A stretch of 64,000 nucleotides of DNA from positions 42,284,001 to 42,348,000 of the forward strand of contig NC_043003.1 of NCBI RefSeq assembly GCF_006345805.1. Direction: 5' to 3'. Within the stretch, counting starts at the first letter, position 1, and every line of letters starts with the position of its first letter. A program made the translations under genes and the position numbers. Source of the DNA: Octopus sinensis (taxonomy: Eukaryota). Shown here piece by piece: positions 45,750-58,258 of the stretch. Under the pieces are notes generated by a model, which did no database searches, was not told the DNA's origin, and was given only the letters and a program-made list of their open reading frames with translations.

Positions 45750-45926
45750 ACTCGGTTGTTGTTGTTGTTGTCGTCGTCGTTGTTTACGAAATGTGTACAA
45801 AGATTAATGCTTTAATGTGATCTACTTAAACAAAATGTAAACCTGTTTATTAACGTCGATTTTTTCTCACTAGTATCATCACCACAGAGCCCGACATAAC
45901 CATTACCGTCATCGTCGTCTTCGTGG

Positions 45927-45961
<35 letters not shown>

Positions 45962-46466
45962 GTCATCGTCGTCGTCGTCGTCGTTGTCGTCATCATCATC
46001 ATCATCCTCACCTCAATCATTATATTGATTGACGTAGAGAACTGGGAACCGAACGAACAACAGGTGTCCCTATTTACAACTAACTGACTACGTATTTTAC
46101 ATTTAATCAATAACCGCCATTCTCTCAATGTATTGCAAACATTTACCGCAATATTTACCCCTTTATTGTTCCCTCATGGGCATTCTCTTCTCGTTTTCTC
46201 ACCAACTCATTTCCCTGCCTCGCGCCCATGCACATTGTATACGAGTAAGCGTGTGAGCTTTGAATATGGTCTCTTTTATTTCAGTAAACACTTAAAATTT
46301 TCAACTGCGGTCATGCTTTTGATTGTTACAACACACACACACATACAGACACACACATGCTTACACGTACTTGTGTGTATATATACATACGTATATACAT
46401 ATATAGTTATATTACACACATGCAGCACACATCATCATCATCGTACATTGTATGTATATACATATG

Positions 46467-46502
<36 letters not shown>

Positions 46503-46606
46503 ATATATATATGTCTGTGTGTGTGTGCGTGTGTTATGTGTGTGTATATATTTGTTTGTGTGTTGTATGCGTGTATGTGTATATGTGTGTGTGGACATAT
46601 ATGTTT

Positions 46607-46658
<52 letters not shown>

Positions 46659-48498
46659 ATGTGTATGCATGTGCCTCTGTGTGTATATGTGTGTACGTAA
46701 AAGGATTTTTTCATCCAATTGTCAGTAGTGTGAAAAAAATTCGAAGAATATAAATGTTTTCCAGGCAGTTATTTACATCTCTTTACGTTCTGACTTCAAA
46801 CACTACCGAGGGCAACTGTTCTGCCTTTATCTTTCTGGGATCGTTTAAATAAATCACCGAGCAATACAACGCCCAAATCGTCAGAGCGTAGAACAAAAAT
46901 GCGATTTTTGTTACGGATCCATACACACTGATTTCAAATGATGACGAGTTCAAACTTCACCTTTTATCCTTTCTCAGGATCGATAAAATAAAGTACACAC
47001 CAGTCCAGGATTGGCAGAATTATTTGCTCACTGAACGAGGTAATACCTTGTGATTTTGTTGTAGTTATTTGTGCTGAAAATTTTTGAGTAGAAAGATTAA
47101 TCCATTGCGCTTTCGTCCTTGACTATATTTTGCGGAATACACTTTATTGTAAGGATTCAAAAGTGTGTCCGGTTTGCGTGTAACTTCTGCACTTCCTCTA
47201 ACAGCAAGAGAAGCACAAAGAGAACAATGTATGGTCATGCGCACTGTCCTTTACAAGTTCACTGAAGAATAAAAGTAAATCTCACCAATGTTATATATTA
47301 TCAACTAATCAATGTATGTGTATGCGTTTGTGTGAGACAATGTAAGTGTGTATGTGTGCATGTGTGTGCACCTTCGTGTGTGCCTGTGCATGTGCATATA
47401 GGTGCATGTTCGCTGCATGTATTTTCCGATTTAACATGTTTAATTAATCTTTAACTCTTACATTTCTTTCTGTCACCCAACTGTGAGTATACCTGAGAAC
47501 GGTCATCTTGAATTGGACGAAAAAACTGACCCCAATTAAATCGATAGCTTTTATAGAAATGCTAACTTACACAGACGTAAACAAACCAACATGAATTTTC
47601 AAACCGTTAGGGATGAATAAACAAATACACACACACGCACATATACACACACACACATTAATAATAACTATAATCCTTCGATGGAATTTATAAACATTTA
47701 ATGCATTGCTACGCGCGTTTCACAAATCCCATTTCTCTTAAGATCACAGTCCGTATTACTGAGATGATTACAGAGTAGACCGTAGCATCCGTGGGCATCG
47801 AGTAGATCATCAACAAGGATTCGTTTCTTCAGGCCATATAATATTAACGGATATTTACCGGAGCGATATTTATCTCTTTTGACTAGTATAAAGGTTGGTT
47901 GAGTTATACATATATATATACATATATATATACATACACACATATACATGCATATATATATGGATACATACCTATATGCATACATACATACATATTAGTC
48001 TCTTTCGTTGCACACAAGGGACCATCGTCCATCTTTCTTTTCCCCACGTGATCGTCTTTCTTTTCCTTCAGGGCTGTCCTGGAGGCTGGACGTATCTTAT
48101 CTAACCCCCTCTTCTATCTTTTCACTTCTTAAAGAAAATATTTCCCCAGCGTTTGCTATTTTACCCTAATTCTGGTCTAACGATCCTCCATTTTTGTTTT
48201 CGTTCGGTTTCCTTGTATGTCAGTACTGCCCTGTTTTTGTTCCCGAATTTGATCCTCCATAAATCCCAAATTTTATTTTGGTATTTCAGGGAGCAACTGT
48301 TTTCGAAGACTCATATTGTCGTTTAATGCTCGAAATGAAGAGTAGATAGGCAACCAACAATTGATGAAAGTTCGTTCTTTATGCTACTTGTTCTGTTTTC
48401 CATTTGTTTCTCTCGTTGTTTGCGTATGCAACTCATTTGTTTTTGTATTTCATGTTGTTCACTGTTTGAGACGTCCTGTACCCATATTGAATATATAT

Positions 48499-48544
<46 letters not shown>

Positions 48545-48804
48545 GTATGTATGTGTGTGTGTGTGTGTGGTGTGTGTGTGTGTGTGTGTGTGTGTATACT
48601 TTTCGAGTCTGTCTAATGAATCCATAAACATATATAAACCATCAAGGGTATATTCTTTTCCTATCTTAAGATATTATGCTCATGTCATTTAAACATAAAT
48701 TTGATATTTGATGAATATTTACTGAGTATTAAATGAAATAGCTGTAAATGAAGATGACTAATTTGCTGTTAATACACACACACACGCATATACATATTTA
48801 CATG

Positions 48805-48950
48805 ACTGGATTCTTTCAGTTTTCGGCCAGCAAATCCACTTACAAGCCATTTATCGGCTTAGTGCTATAGTAGAAAACATTTGCCAAAGATGTCACGCCC
48901 TGAGACCGAATGCAAAATCATTTGTTTGTGCAGCGACGTATTTAACCACT
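48805..48950 (-). mobile_element. Decayed 5' half of SINE family B
   Basis: ttctttcagtttt-g---ccagcaaatccact...ctatagtagaaaacatttgcc motif. Confidence 0.6.
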
Positions 48951-49064
48951 CTCGGCTAAAATGCCAGCAGCGGTATAGCGATTTCAAATTACTCATGTTT
49001 ACACCCGTCCTTCCATTAACTTAAAACTGTGTCCAAAATTACAAGATGTACTAGTAGTAACTGC

Positions 49065-49098
<34 letters not shown>

Positions 49099-49660
49099 TA
49101 GTAGTAGTAGTAGTATGTTCCTGAAAGCAATACATACATCCTCCTTATGCACAAGAACCAGGATTCAATCCCACTGCATGACATAGAAAAATGGTATTTC
49201 TCTATTCTGAAGTCGTCTTATACATTGTGAAGCTGTATATTTTCTCGTCGGGTGAATTGTAACATTACTGCAAATGGGTCAACATGGTTGCACACTGTGT
49301 CATGCGGATACATACGAGCAGACAACCTTTACTGAGTTGATATGATATTTTCATTAAATACACATCGAGGTTATTATCGTTTCGTTATTTATTTCTAAGC
49401 AACAATAGCACGTTTTTTTTTTTTGTTTTTTATTTGGCGGGTTGTTTTTTAGTATCTAACTTCATATATTTTCGGCTTTCCTTGTTTTGCTTGTGTGCTT
49501 TCGATTCTAATACGTACACACATACATCCATCTATCCATACATACATACATACATATACATACATACATACATACATACATACATACATACGTACATACA
49601 TACATACATAGATAGAGACACACACACATACATGCATATATACATACATGTATACATACA

Positions 49661-49868
49661 TACGAGGCAGTGCTGAAAAGTTCCTGATTTGAGCTAAAGG
49701 AAAATGCAGGAGGATCATTTAATCATGACTTTATTCAATATATTCCCATCTCAGATTCACCCACTTATTGCAGCGGTACTTCAGTTTTTCTAAGCCCTCT
49801 AAAAGAATTCGGAATTTTGGGCCTCCAACCAGACCTTAAAGCCAGGAACTATTCAGCACCCCCGCGTA
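49661..49868. mobile_element. Mariner-type MITE with ~30-bp TIRs and TA target duplication
   Basis: Left end TA-cgaggcagtgctgaaaagttcctgattt; right end aaagccaggaactattcagcacccccgcg-TA. Confidence 0.85.
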
Positions 49869-49947
49869 CATACGTACGTTAGAGATACATACACACACAC
49901 ACACACACACACACGACCACGCAGCCACACACACACACACCGACACG

Positions 49948-49989
<42 letters not shown>

Positions 49990-50038
49990 TATATATATAT
50001 ATATATATAGATATATATATATATATAAATAGATGCGT

Positions 50039-50417
50039 GGAGGCGCAATGGCCCAGTGGTTACGGCAGCGGACTCGCGGTCGTAGGATCGCGGTTTCGAT
50101 TCCCAGACCGGGCGTTGTGAGTGTTTATTGAGCGAAAACACCTAAAAGCTCCACGAGGCTCCGGCAAGGGATGGTGGTGATCCCTGCTGTACTCTTTCAC
50201 CACAACTTTCTCTCATTCTTACTTCCTGTTTCTGTTGTACCTGTATTTCAAAGGGCCAGCCTTGTCACTCTATGTGTCACGCTGAATATCCCCGAGAACT
50301 ACGTTAAGGGTACACGTGTCTGTGGAGTGCTCAGCCACTTACACGTTAATTTCACGAGCAGGCTGTTCCGTTGATCGGATCAACCGGAACCCTCGTCGTC
50401 GTAACTGACGGAGTGCT
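50039..50417 (+). mobile_element. Full-length tRNA(Arg,TCG)-like SINE family C (probably an octopus OR-type SINE)
   Basis: A box tggcccagtgg, B box ggtttcgattcc, ggacTCGcggtc. The tRNA-like head is followed by ~300 bp of non-tRNA body. Confidence 0.85.
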
Positions 50418-50668
50418 TCAAGAATATAAATACATGCACTTATAGTTACACTTAATTACGTTGTCTCTGCTTCTGTATACTCATGATATGTTTTCTTTTC
50501 ATTGGGAGTTTGTTTCTGTTAAACACTGAAAAACAAATTTATACTGGAAAATCTATTTGTGTGTTTTATGTGTGTTCATGGGTCTGTGTATATGTGTGTG
50601 TGCGTGTGCGTGTGTATGTGTGTGTATACACATCTGCTTATATATATATGTTTATACATGTAAGTATG

Positions 50669-50699
<31 letters not shown>

Positions 50700-51312
50700 A
50701 TCCTCGAGGGAGAGAGAGTACGTGAGTAAGAGATTTCATGCATGTGCTTGTTTGTGTACGTGCACGCGTATGTGTGTGTGTGTGTGTTTGTGCGTGTGTG
50801 GTTGCTATAAAGAGAGAGATAACGAAGAGAGCCTCGTATGCATATAGAGCTGGTGCGTAAAAATATCTATTTGTATGAAATATGCTCTATTCCAGATTAA
50901 ACTTTCTTTATTTTTAATTGAAAATACAAACACAACCGAGAATTGCAACCGGCGTTGCATGATAAGAAATTCGCCTGGAAACTGTCCACTTTTTTTTTTA
51001 TCTCGTACAAGACACCCCAATAATTAGAAATGGACAGTGGCACTCTATACGAAAGAAACGAAGAAAATCAATAGCATAACATAATCTGCCAAAAAGAAGT
51101 TACGTGTGGACGATATATTCGCGAATTTGTCATATTTTATTTGCCAACGAAATCATCTTTGCGGTCACTGGCCTCTCACGTAAGACAGACACGCTTACTC
51201 AGATATACAGACACGTACACGTAGAGTCTTATTTCATAGATAAAGATCAGCTTGCTAGCTAGGTAGATAGACAGATAGACAGACAGACATACAGATATAT
51301 ATTATATATATA

Positions 51313-51372
<60 letters not shown>

Positions 51373-52024
51373 TACGTAGATAGATAGATAAACAGCTAGA
51401 TAAATAGATGGATAAACAGATAGATAAATAGATAAATACTACATACATACATACGTACATAGAAATATAGATAGATAGACAGATAGACAGAGAGGCATGC
51501 ATACAGACAGCCCGACCTAGATAGGTATGTATGTATGTAGTAGGTAGGTAGGTAGGTAGGTAGGTAGTAGGTAGGTAGGTAGGTAGGTAGGTAGGTAGGT
51601 AGGTAGGTAGGAAGGTGATAGATACATAGAAAAACACAGGTGTAGGTAGATAGATAAGATCGACAGATAGGTTGACGATTAAATAGACAGACAGACTGGC
51701 CAATAGACAGACAGACATAGAAATAGATAGAAAGATAGATAGATAGGCACACAGACAGACAGGTAGGTAGGTAGATAAATAGATAGATAGATTACCATGC
51801 GAATGCGGACACGTATATCATTTGACCACATCTACATACGTGTCTATGAGATAGGTTTTAACGACAGTACTGGAGATGTCCAAAATGCGTACTTCATTTT
51901 ATGAATTTTTATTTAAGACCAAATTGCAGCATGAACACACACACACATGTACACGTACACACGCGCGTGCTAGAGAGCGCAAGCTTGTACCTCTTGTTCT
52001 ACGATGAGTATACAATGTTCAGTT

Positions 52025-52720
52025 GACTGGTCCTTAAGGTTATAAAGAACCATACTGATCTCAACAAGAATGAGAAAAACCGTTGTAAGTGCCGACTAGA
52101 GATTTCATTACTTTCGTGCGCTCAGGTCAGCAGATCCATTTCAAGAAGAACAATAAACTTCCTGTGAGAGATGAAAAGTGGAACAGCTATTGGGAGGTGA
52201 CTGTAGATTTATCAGGGTGCCAGGGACTCTTTCGCATCCCAGTGACGAAGAAAACCGAGCAGTTTAATGTGGTGTGAAGGAAAGAAAGTTGTAAATCTAG
52301 TCGAGTTAACGATTCCTCATGAAAATAACATGGATGCCGCTCGGGCTCGAAAGATTGACCGTTATGTAAACCTCCTCGAGGAATGTGAAGACGCAGGCTG
52401 GAAAGCGGAGCATTTTCCAATCGAAGTCGGATGCAGAGGGTTTGCTGGACAGAGTGCGAAACGGCTGTTGATATCGTTAGGTCTAACTCATCGTAGGTAA
52501 ATACCACCATGACCGATATCCAAAGTACAGTCGAGAGGGCTAGCCACTGGATTTGGTTAAAAAAAGACAATGAACGATGGCTAGAGAGATATTGAGCTAT
52601 ATTTAATGACCTGTTGCTCCAGCAAGCGGGGCCTCATATCAGTGAGTGGGATGGCCGGTGTGCATTGATGCCGTCGAGAGATAGGCCCCGAAATGATGAG
52701 CATTCTCTCATGATAACCCT
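52025..52720 (+). mobile_element. 3' fragment of a HERO-like RLE non-LTR retrotransposon (frameshifted)
   Basis: FVRSGQ...WEVTVDL...VELTIPHENNMDAARARKIDRY..L.EEC..AGW.AEHFPIEVGCRGF...ERASHWIWLKK, stop at 52593-52595. This matches the HERO RLE pattern. Confidence 0.8.
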
Positions 52721-53239
52721 ATGCACTTGCTAGCTTCCGGAAGGCAGCGTTCTCAACTGGTAGCACTTGCATGTACAAGTTGCTTGCAAGACATCTACGA
52801 AACGTGGAAGTTGCGAGTATTCCACAGGTACATAACTGTTAGTCAGAATCCGCATGACACAATGCGCAACCATGCTGACCCATTCACAGTAATGTTACAA
52901 TGCAACCGACGAGAAAATGTACAGTTTTACAAATTACAATACGATTTCAGAATAGAGAAATGACATTTGTCCATGTCATGCAGCGGGATTGAATCCTGCA
53001 TCTTGTGTACAAAACAAACTTCTTAACCATTCGGTCAGCCTTGCTCTACATATACATATGTGTGCGTGTGTGTGTATGCATACATATATTTGTGTTTATA
53101 AATACATGCATATAAGTACATATATATATATGAGGGCTTGCAGTCGGCAGGTGGATGATGTCTCCGGGATCGTTCGGCAGGATGCCCGAGACGTCAGCCT
53201 AAGACGCCGTCAGCCCGACGGGTGGCCGCCGCCTTCAGA

Positions 53240-53296
53240 ATCTAAAGGCGGTGCTCCAGCATGGCCGCAGTCAACTGACTGAAACAAGTAAAAGAG
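53240..53296 (+). mobile_element. 3' tail of SINE family B
   Basis: ctaaaggcggtgctccagcatggccgcagtcaactgactgaaacaagtaaaagagtaaaagagt. Confidence 0.85.
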
Positions 53297-53382
53297 TAAA
53301 AGAGTATATATATATATATTTATATATACATATATATATACATATGTGTGTGTGTATATATATTTATTATACCTACATATAC

Positions 53383-53415
<33 letters not shown>

Positions 53416-53419
53416 GATA

Positions 53420-53478
<59 letters not shown>

Positions 53479-54419
53479 TACATACATACAGACGCAGACA
53501 GACTAAAAGAAGTAAAAATGGGTGTAAGATTTTGTAATGTGTTGTTGGAAACATTTGAAGTGTTTTGGCAGATCTTCAAGAAAAACAATAGCGGACGTAA
53601 ATTTTCCGATCGATTAAATGTTAAGAGTTATCGTACAACTAATGATAGTGCAACGATAAATTGACGACTATGACGACGACAGCGATGACGCTAGCAATGA
53701 TAATAGCGACTAAGATATCTATCGTTACGATCCATACAATAAAAAAAGGTCATACAAAGAACAACGATCACGATTAGTCATTAAATAGATATTGCAAGTT
53801 AAAGTATAGAAAGAGGAAATAACACCGAGAAGGAGGGCCCCCCCCCCAACTTGGGGAAACTTAGCACATGTTGAACCGTGTCGTATCGTGCCAATGTTCA
53901 TATTACCCTGACATTCTCATGACTTGTGCCTCTTTCCAGTACTTGCCGCTCGCCTATTGCTCTCTCTCTCTTGTGCCACTATTATAATAAGTTCCGTTTT
54001 TCGGTGCTGACTTCTCATGTATCTCTTTTAATTTTGTATTCCCGTATCCCGCGTCATTCCAACTTCTTTCATTTTTGCTGCGTTCAACTCCACACAGCAT
54101 TACACCAAGTCCTTTTGCTCTAAAACATCGGCCATCTTCCGTCTTTTCCTTGCTTACGTTTTTCTTTTATTCTATAGGCATTTACCTGCAGTATTCTAAC
54201 CATAACATTTTCTGCATTAACCTTAACGGTCTTGATTGACCACCTACTAAGATGTACGTGTGTACTCTTTATGCACTAAGTATCTATATAAACGGATCTC
54301 TTATACTGCTAATAACGCATTATTCGGTGTTCAAATAGGATATCCATGTTGAGTTGATACAAACATTTCTTATCTCTATCTATCTATCTATCTATCTATC
54401 TATATTTATATCGAGATAT

Positions 54420-54490
<71 letters not shown>

Positions 54491-54494
<4 letters not shown>

Positions 54495-54866
54495 GAATGC
54501 AGTGTACATTTAAACACATAAGCGGTAACCATCGTAGAATACCTGGCACGCTAGAAGGAATAGCCAAAATCCAAACTACTATTAGGGATAAATTTCGAAG
54601 AGAGTGAAAAATAAAAACATTTACCATCTATCTGGACCATGGTTTCTGACTCTATATTAGCAAATAAAATATTATTTTACTTTACTTTATTTGCTAATAT
54701 ACAGCCAGAAACTATGGTCCAGGAGATAGATGGTAAATGTTTTTATTTTTCATCCCCTTCGAAATTTATCCCTAATAGTGGTTTGAATTTTGGCTATTCC
54801 TTCTAGCAAGCCAGGAATCCTATGATGGCTACCTCTTATGTGCTTAAATGTACACTGTATTTATAT
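54491..54866. mobile_element. Fold-back (palindromic) MITE-like element
   Basis: Arms of ~178 bp (54491-54668 and 54686-54866) are ~88% complementary with a ~17-nt centre. Adjacent to (TA)n. Confidence 0.85.
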
Positions 54867-55150
54867 GAATAATATATAATCTATTGACTAATTTTTCTAC
54901 ACGCTAGGCCACTAGAAAAATTTCTTAATTTTTTTGTTATTCTGATATTTATATATATATATATATATACATGTATGCATACATACATAAATACATGCAT
55001 ACATACATACATACATACATAAATACATGCATACATACATACATACATGCATACATACATATATACATACATGCATACATACATACATACATACATACAT
55101 ATTTAACAGTGACTGTTTGACCTCTCTCGACAGACAGCACCTTAAGGTTT

Positions 55151-55181
<31 letters not shown>

Positions 55182-55653
55182 GTCTTTTAAATTCTGTTGT
55201 ATCTATACAGCATTTCGTAAGTTGTTTTTGTTTGTGTAGTTCGGATTTAATTAGGTAACTCAGGGAAATATTTATGTATGAAACGGCATAGGGAGGATAA
55301 GTAGAAAATAAAGGGTTTTAAGTTTTGCGTTGATTGAAAGGTACGCCGAAGCTATTTTTTCGTATTATTATCCCCCGTTACATTAGAATCTCTTCTGCTT
55401 TTTCTTTCGTCATTGTACACATCTTACATTGTTATTTTTTCGCTTAATATTTCTATGTTATATTTCAATCCCTTTCTTCCCATTGTCGGACTCCGTATAT
55501 TACTTGTTTGTATTGTTTTTGATACATAATCGTAGTAGTAATTTTAACTATCTACCTGTGTATCTCACTTTGTATCTCTTTCCTCGGTTATCTAGCAAAA
55601 TATGTAGATATAGATATAATTAGGCAAATCGATAAATAGACAGGCAGACAGAC

Positions 55654-55742
<89 letters not shown>

Positions 55743-56380
55743 TTGATTGATTGATGCAGAGAGAAAGACAGAGTCTGATATAGATTCATTTGATAAATGC
55801 AATGTACGAAACTCCCGGTCCTTGAGTCACTTTGTAACTTTATACCAATTGGAAGTATTAAAAGTGCGTATGATTGTAAGTATATACATATATGTATGTA
55901 AGGATATATATTCATTAAGAATGAAATTTAAGCTGCACTCACCAAACTTCTGAACGTCGTTTTATACTCGATGTAATATTTAACCAGAATTAGAAGTATG
56001 AAAGTATCTCTTACCTGAAAATATAAAAATATAGAAAATTCATTAGAAAAATATGATTAATTCATGGTTATATTATTGACATATCGTACAACAGTAACTA
56101 CAGCAATGTATGGTGATTTGTAATTTGATATTCAGAGAACTTAGGACTTAATTGCAGCACGAGCGTGTGCTCGTGCTTCCGTTAAGTCTTACATATTTAA
56201 AAGTTTATCTTTTTCATACGCTGTCCACTTCATCAGCCTCCTAATATATACATTCAGACGCAATATATACACATAGACAAACACACACGTGCACACTCAC
56301 ATACCTACACACACATATACAGACATATGTGCATATATATATATATATATATTAGTAATATTAGTAATATTTTAGTATTT

Positions 56381-56957
56381 TAGGATTAGTAATATTTTTG
56401 GTAGAAATGACTAATTGTCCCTCTTAGCGTGTGGCATGTATGTATAATGCCTTCTGGCATGTATGTATAATGCCCTCTATATATAAATTAATATGTTCAA
56501 TAAGAAATAATTATTTTCGAAATTTTTTCTCTTATGAGGTTTTCACGCTATCTACCTGACAATTTCTTGTTAAGTTTTCCTTATTAAGTAGTTGTCCTTA
56601 ATTGCTAAATTTTTATTCCGAAAAAACTTTTCCTCTCCGAAATGCAATTCGTAAAAGTTTGCCATTTATCCGGATGTAATATATGTAAACTCACCCATGT
56701 GCTTCGTTGATGTTGATCAGTTAGCTGATCGGCTTAAGCGGGGCAGGGTCGTTGTTTATTTATAATACATTCAGGCCTGCTGATGAATACGTAAGTATGA
56801 AATCACTGTGATACAGGTCTATATTTTTTTAAATGTCTTACTTTGAAAAATTGCATTCGGTAGGATTAGTAATATTTTTGGTAGAAATGACTAATTGTCC
56901 CTCTTAGCGTGTGGCATGTATGTATAATGCCTTCTGGCATGTATGTATAATGCCCTC

Positions 56958-56968
<11 letters not shown>
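56381..56968 (+). mobile_element. Candidate non-LTR retrozyme or Penelope pseudo-LTR: 480-bp unit plus 108-bp terminal redundancy
   Basis: 56381-56488 is identical to 56861-56968. An intact hammerhead lies inside, there is no ORF, and (TA)n flanks both sides. Confidence 0.7.
56773..56820 (+). ncRNA. Type I hammerhead ribozyme
   Basis: Stem I AGGCCUG/CAGGUCU (7 bp, one G-U). CUGAUGA at 56780-56786. Stem II AUAC-GUAA-GUAU. GAAA at 56799-56802. Palindromic stem III AUCAC-U-GUGAU. Predicted cleavage after AUA (56813). Confidence 0.85.
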
Positions 56969-56991
<23 letters not shown>

Positions 56992-56999
56992 ACGGGAAA

Positions 57000-57148
57000 G
57001 TTTACGAAAATAAACAAAAGACGAAGGCAGGTGGAGTACAAACAAACAAATGTATTAGTATGCGCTCAGGAATAGAAAAAGTATTTTACGTTTCGTGCCT
57101 ACGCTCTTCGACAGAAAGATACACAGAAAAAAACAAGGAGAGAAAAAA

Positions 57149-57211
<63 letters not shown>

Positions 57212-57250
57212 CATACATAACTACATATACATAACCAAAATAAGTAATGA
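57000..57250 (-). mobile_element. Penelope-like terminal repeat fragment with a degenerate minimal hammerhead (57087-57114)
   Basis: Minus strand reads CUGUCGA-agagcguaggcac-GAA-ACGU-A, a minimal hammerhead with palindromic ACGU but with A6>U in the core. Boundaries are approximate. Confidence 0.5.
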
Positions 57251-58224
57251 AAAATGCTTCAGAGTAGCAAGTGACATGTATTCGAAAAACTAAAAGTTAA
57301 GTGGTATCAAATAGATGCGCTGGCGTGTATTTTCTCTGATTCCTAATATACAATTGGAAACTGCCCATATGCTTCATGTACGACAATAAAGCCCTTGCAA
57401 GATTTGTGATGTACACTGTCCATGGTATATATAATGTACACACTGAATTTTGCAGTAAGGTGTAATATTACAGGTGTTCAACAACGTTGCACTAGGCATT
57501 GTATAATCTCCATCAACCTATATTCAGGCTTGTTGGTTTACTATGTTATCTATTGACACGTGATAATAGTGATATCGTTCGGTATTTCACAAAAGGTGGT
57601 AGATACAAGTACAAAGAATATGGAAGCAGTGCGAAAGGAGGATAACACAGATGGCTATGAATATAATCACCCTTGTTAATATCCAATACCAACTGTACTA
57701 TATCCATGAAATTAATGTGGCTGGGGCCAACGGGCTAAATGTCAACAGTGAACTACCATATCTCATGGTACTTAAGGTTGTTTCAGATCCGGCAATTTCG
57801 TCATGCTAGATGTTTCCGGTGCGTGCAGCAAATATGTAACTCATTACGTTTATTGAAAAGGTTTCTATTATTGGCAAACATAGGCTCCATCCCTTTTTTT
57901 AATACATTGTCAGCAAAGAGTTAGTGCTTGGGTATCACAACTTCGAATATGTTAAACCATAGTTAGTCTTATTACAGCTAAATTATGGATAAACTATGCA
58001 TGGGAAGTCGAAAACTTTAGTCTGGGGTTAGAGAAAAAATACTAATGCAAAGATATGCGATGTTTACTGGGTCAAAATTATCGACTAGGTAATATTTGCT
58101 TCTGTTGTGTGTCGTCAACCCAAATTGTTTGATAAGACATATAAGTAACCAGGGTGTATATATGTATATATGTAAATATATCTATGTGTGTATGAGTGCA
58201 AGCGTGCATGTGTGTGTGTGTGTG

Positions 58225-58256
<32 letters not shown>

Positions 58257-58258
58257 CA

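Noticed and set aside
50039-50115. tRNA-Arg-like gene (also at 28621 and 45749)
   Set aside because: These are SINE heads: no proper acceptor stem, and a repeat body follows directly.
56775-56790. 16-nt plus-strand microexon (cag|GCCTGCTGATGAATAC|gtaagt)
   Set aside because: The gtaagt is the stem II loop of the hammerhead, which explains the sequence far better.
57600-57810. Short open frame with a vague FN3-like C-terminal pattern (YYIHEINVAGANG)
   Set aside because: Spacing of the conserved residues does not fit and there are no convincing splice sites.
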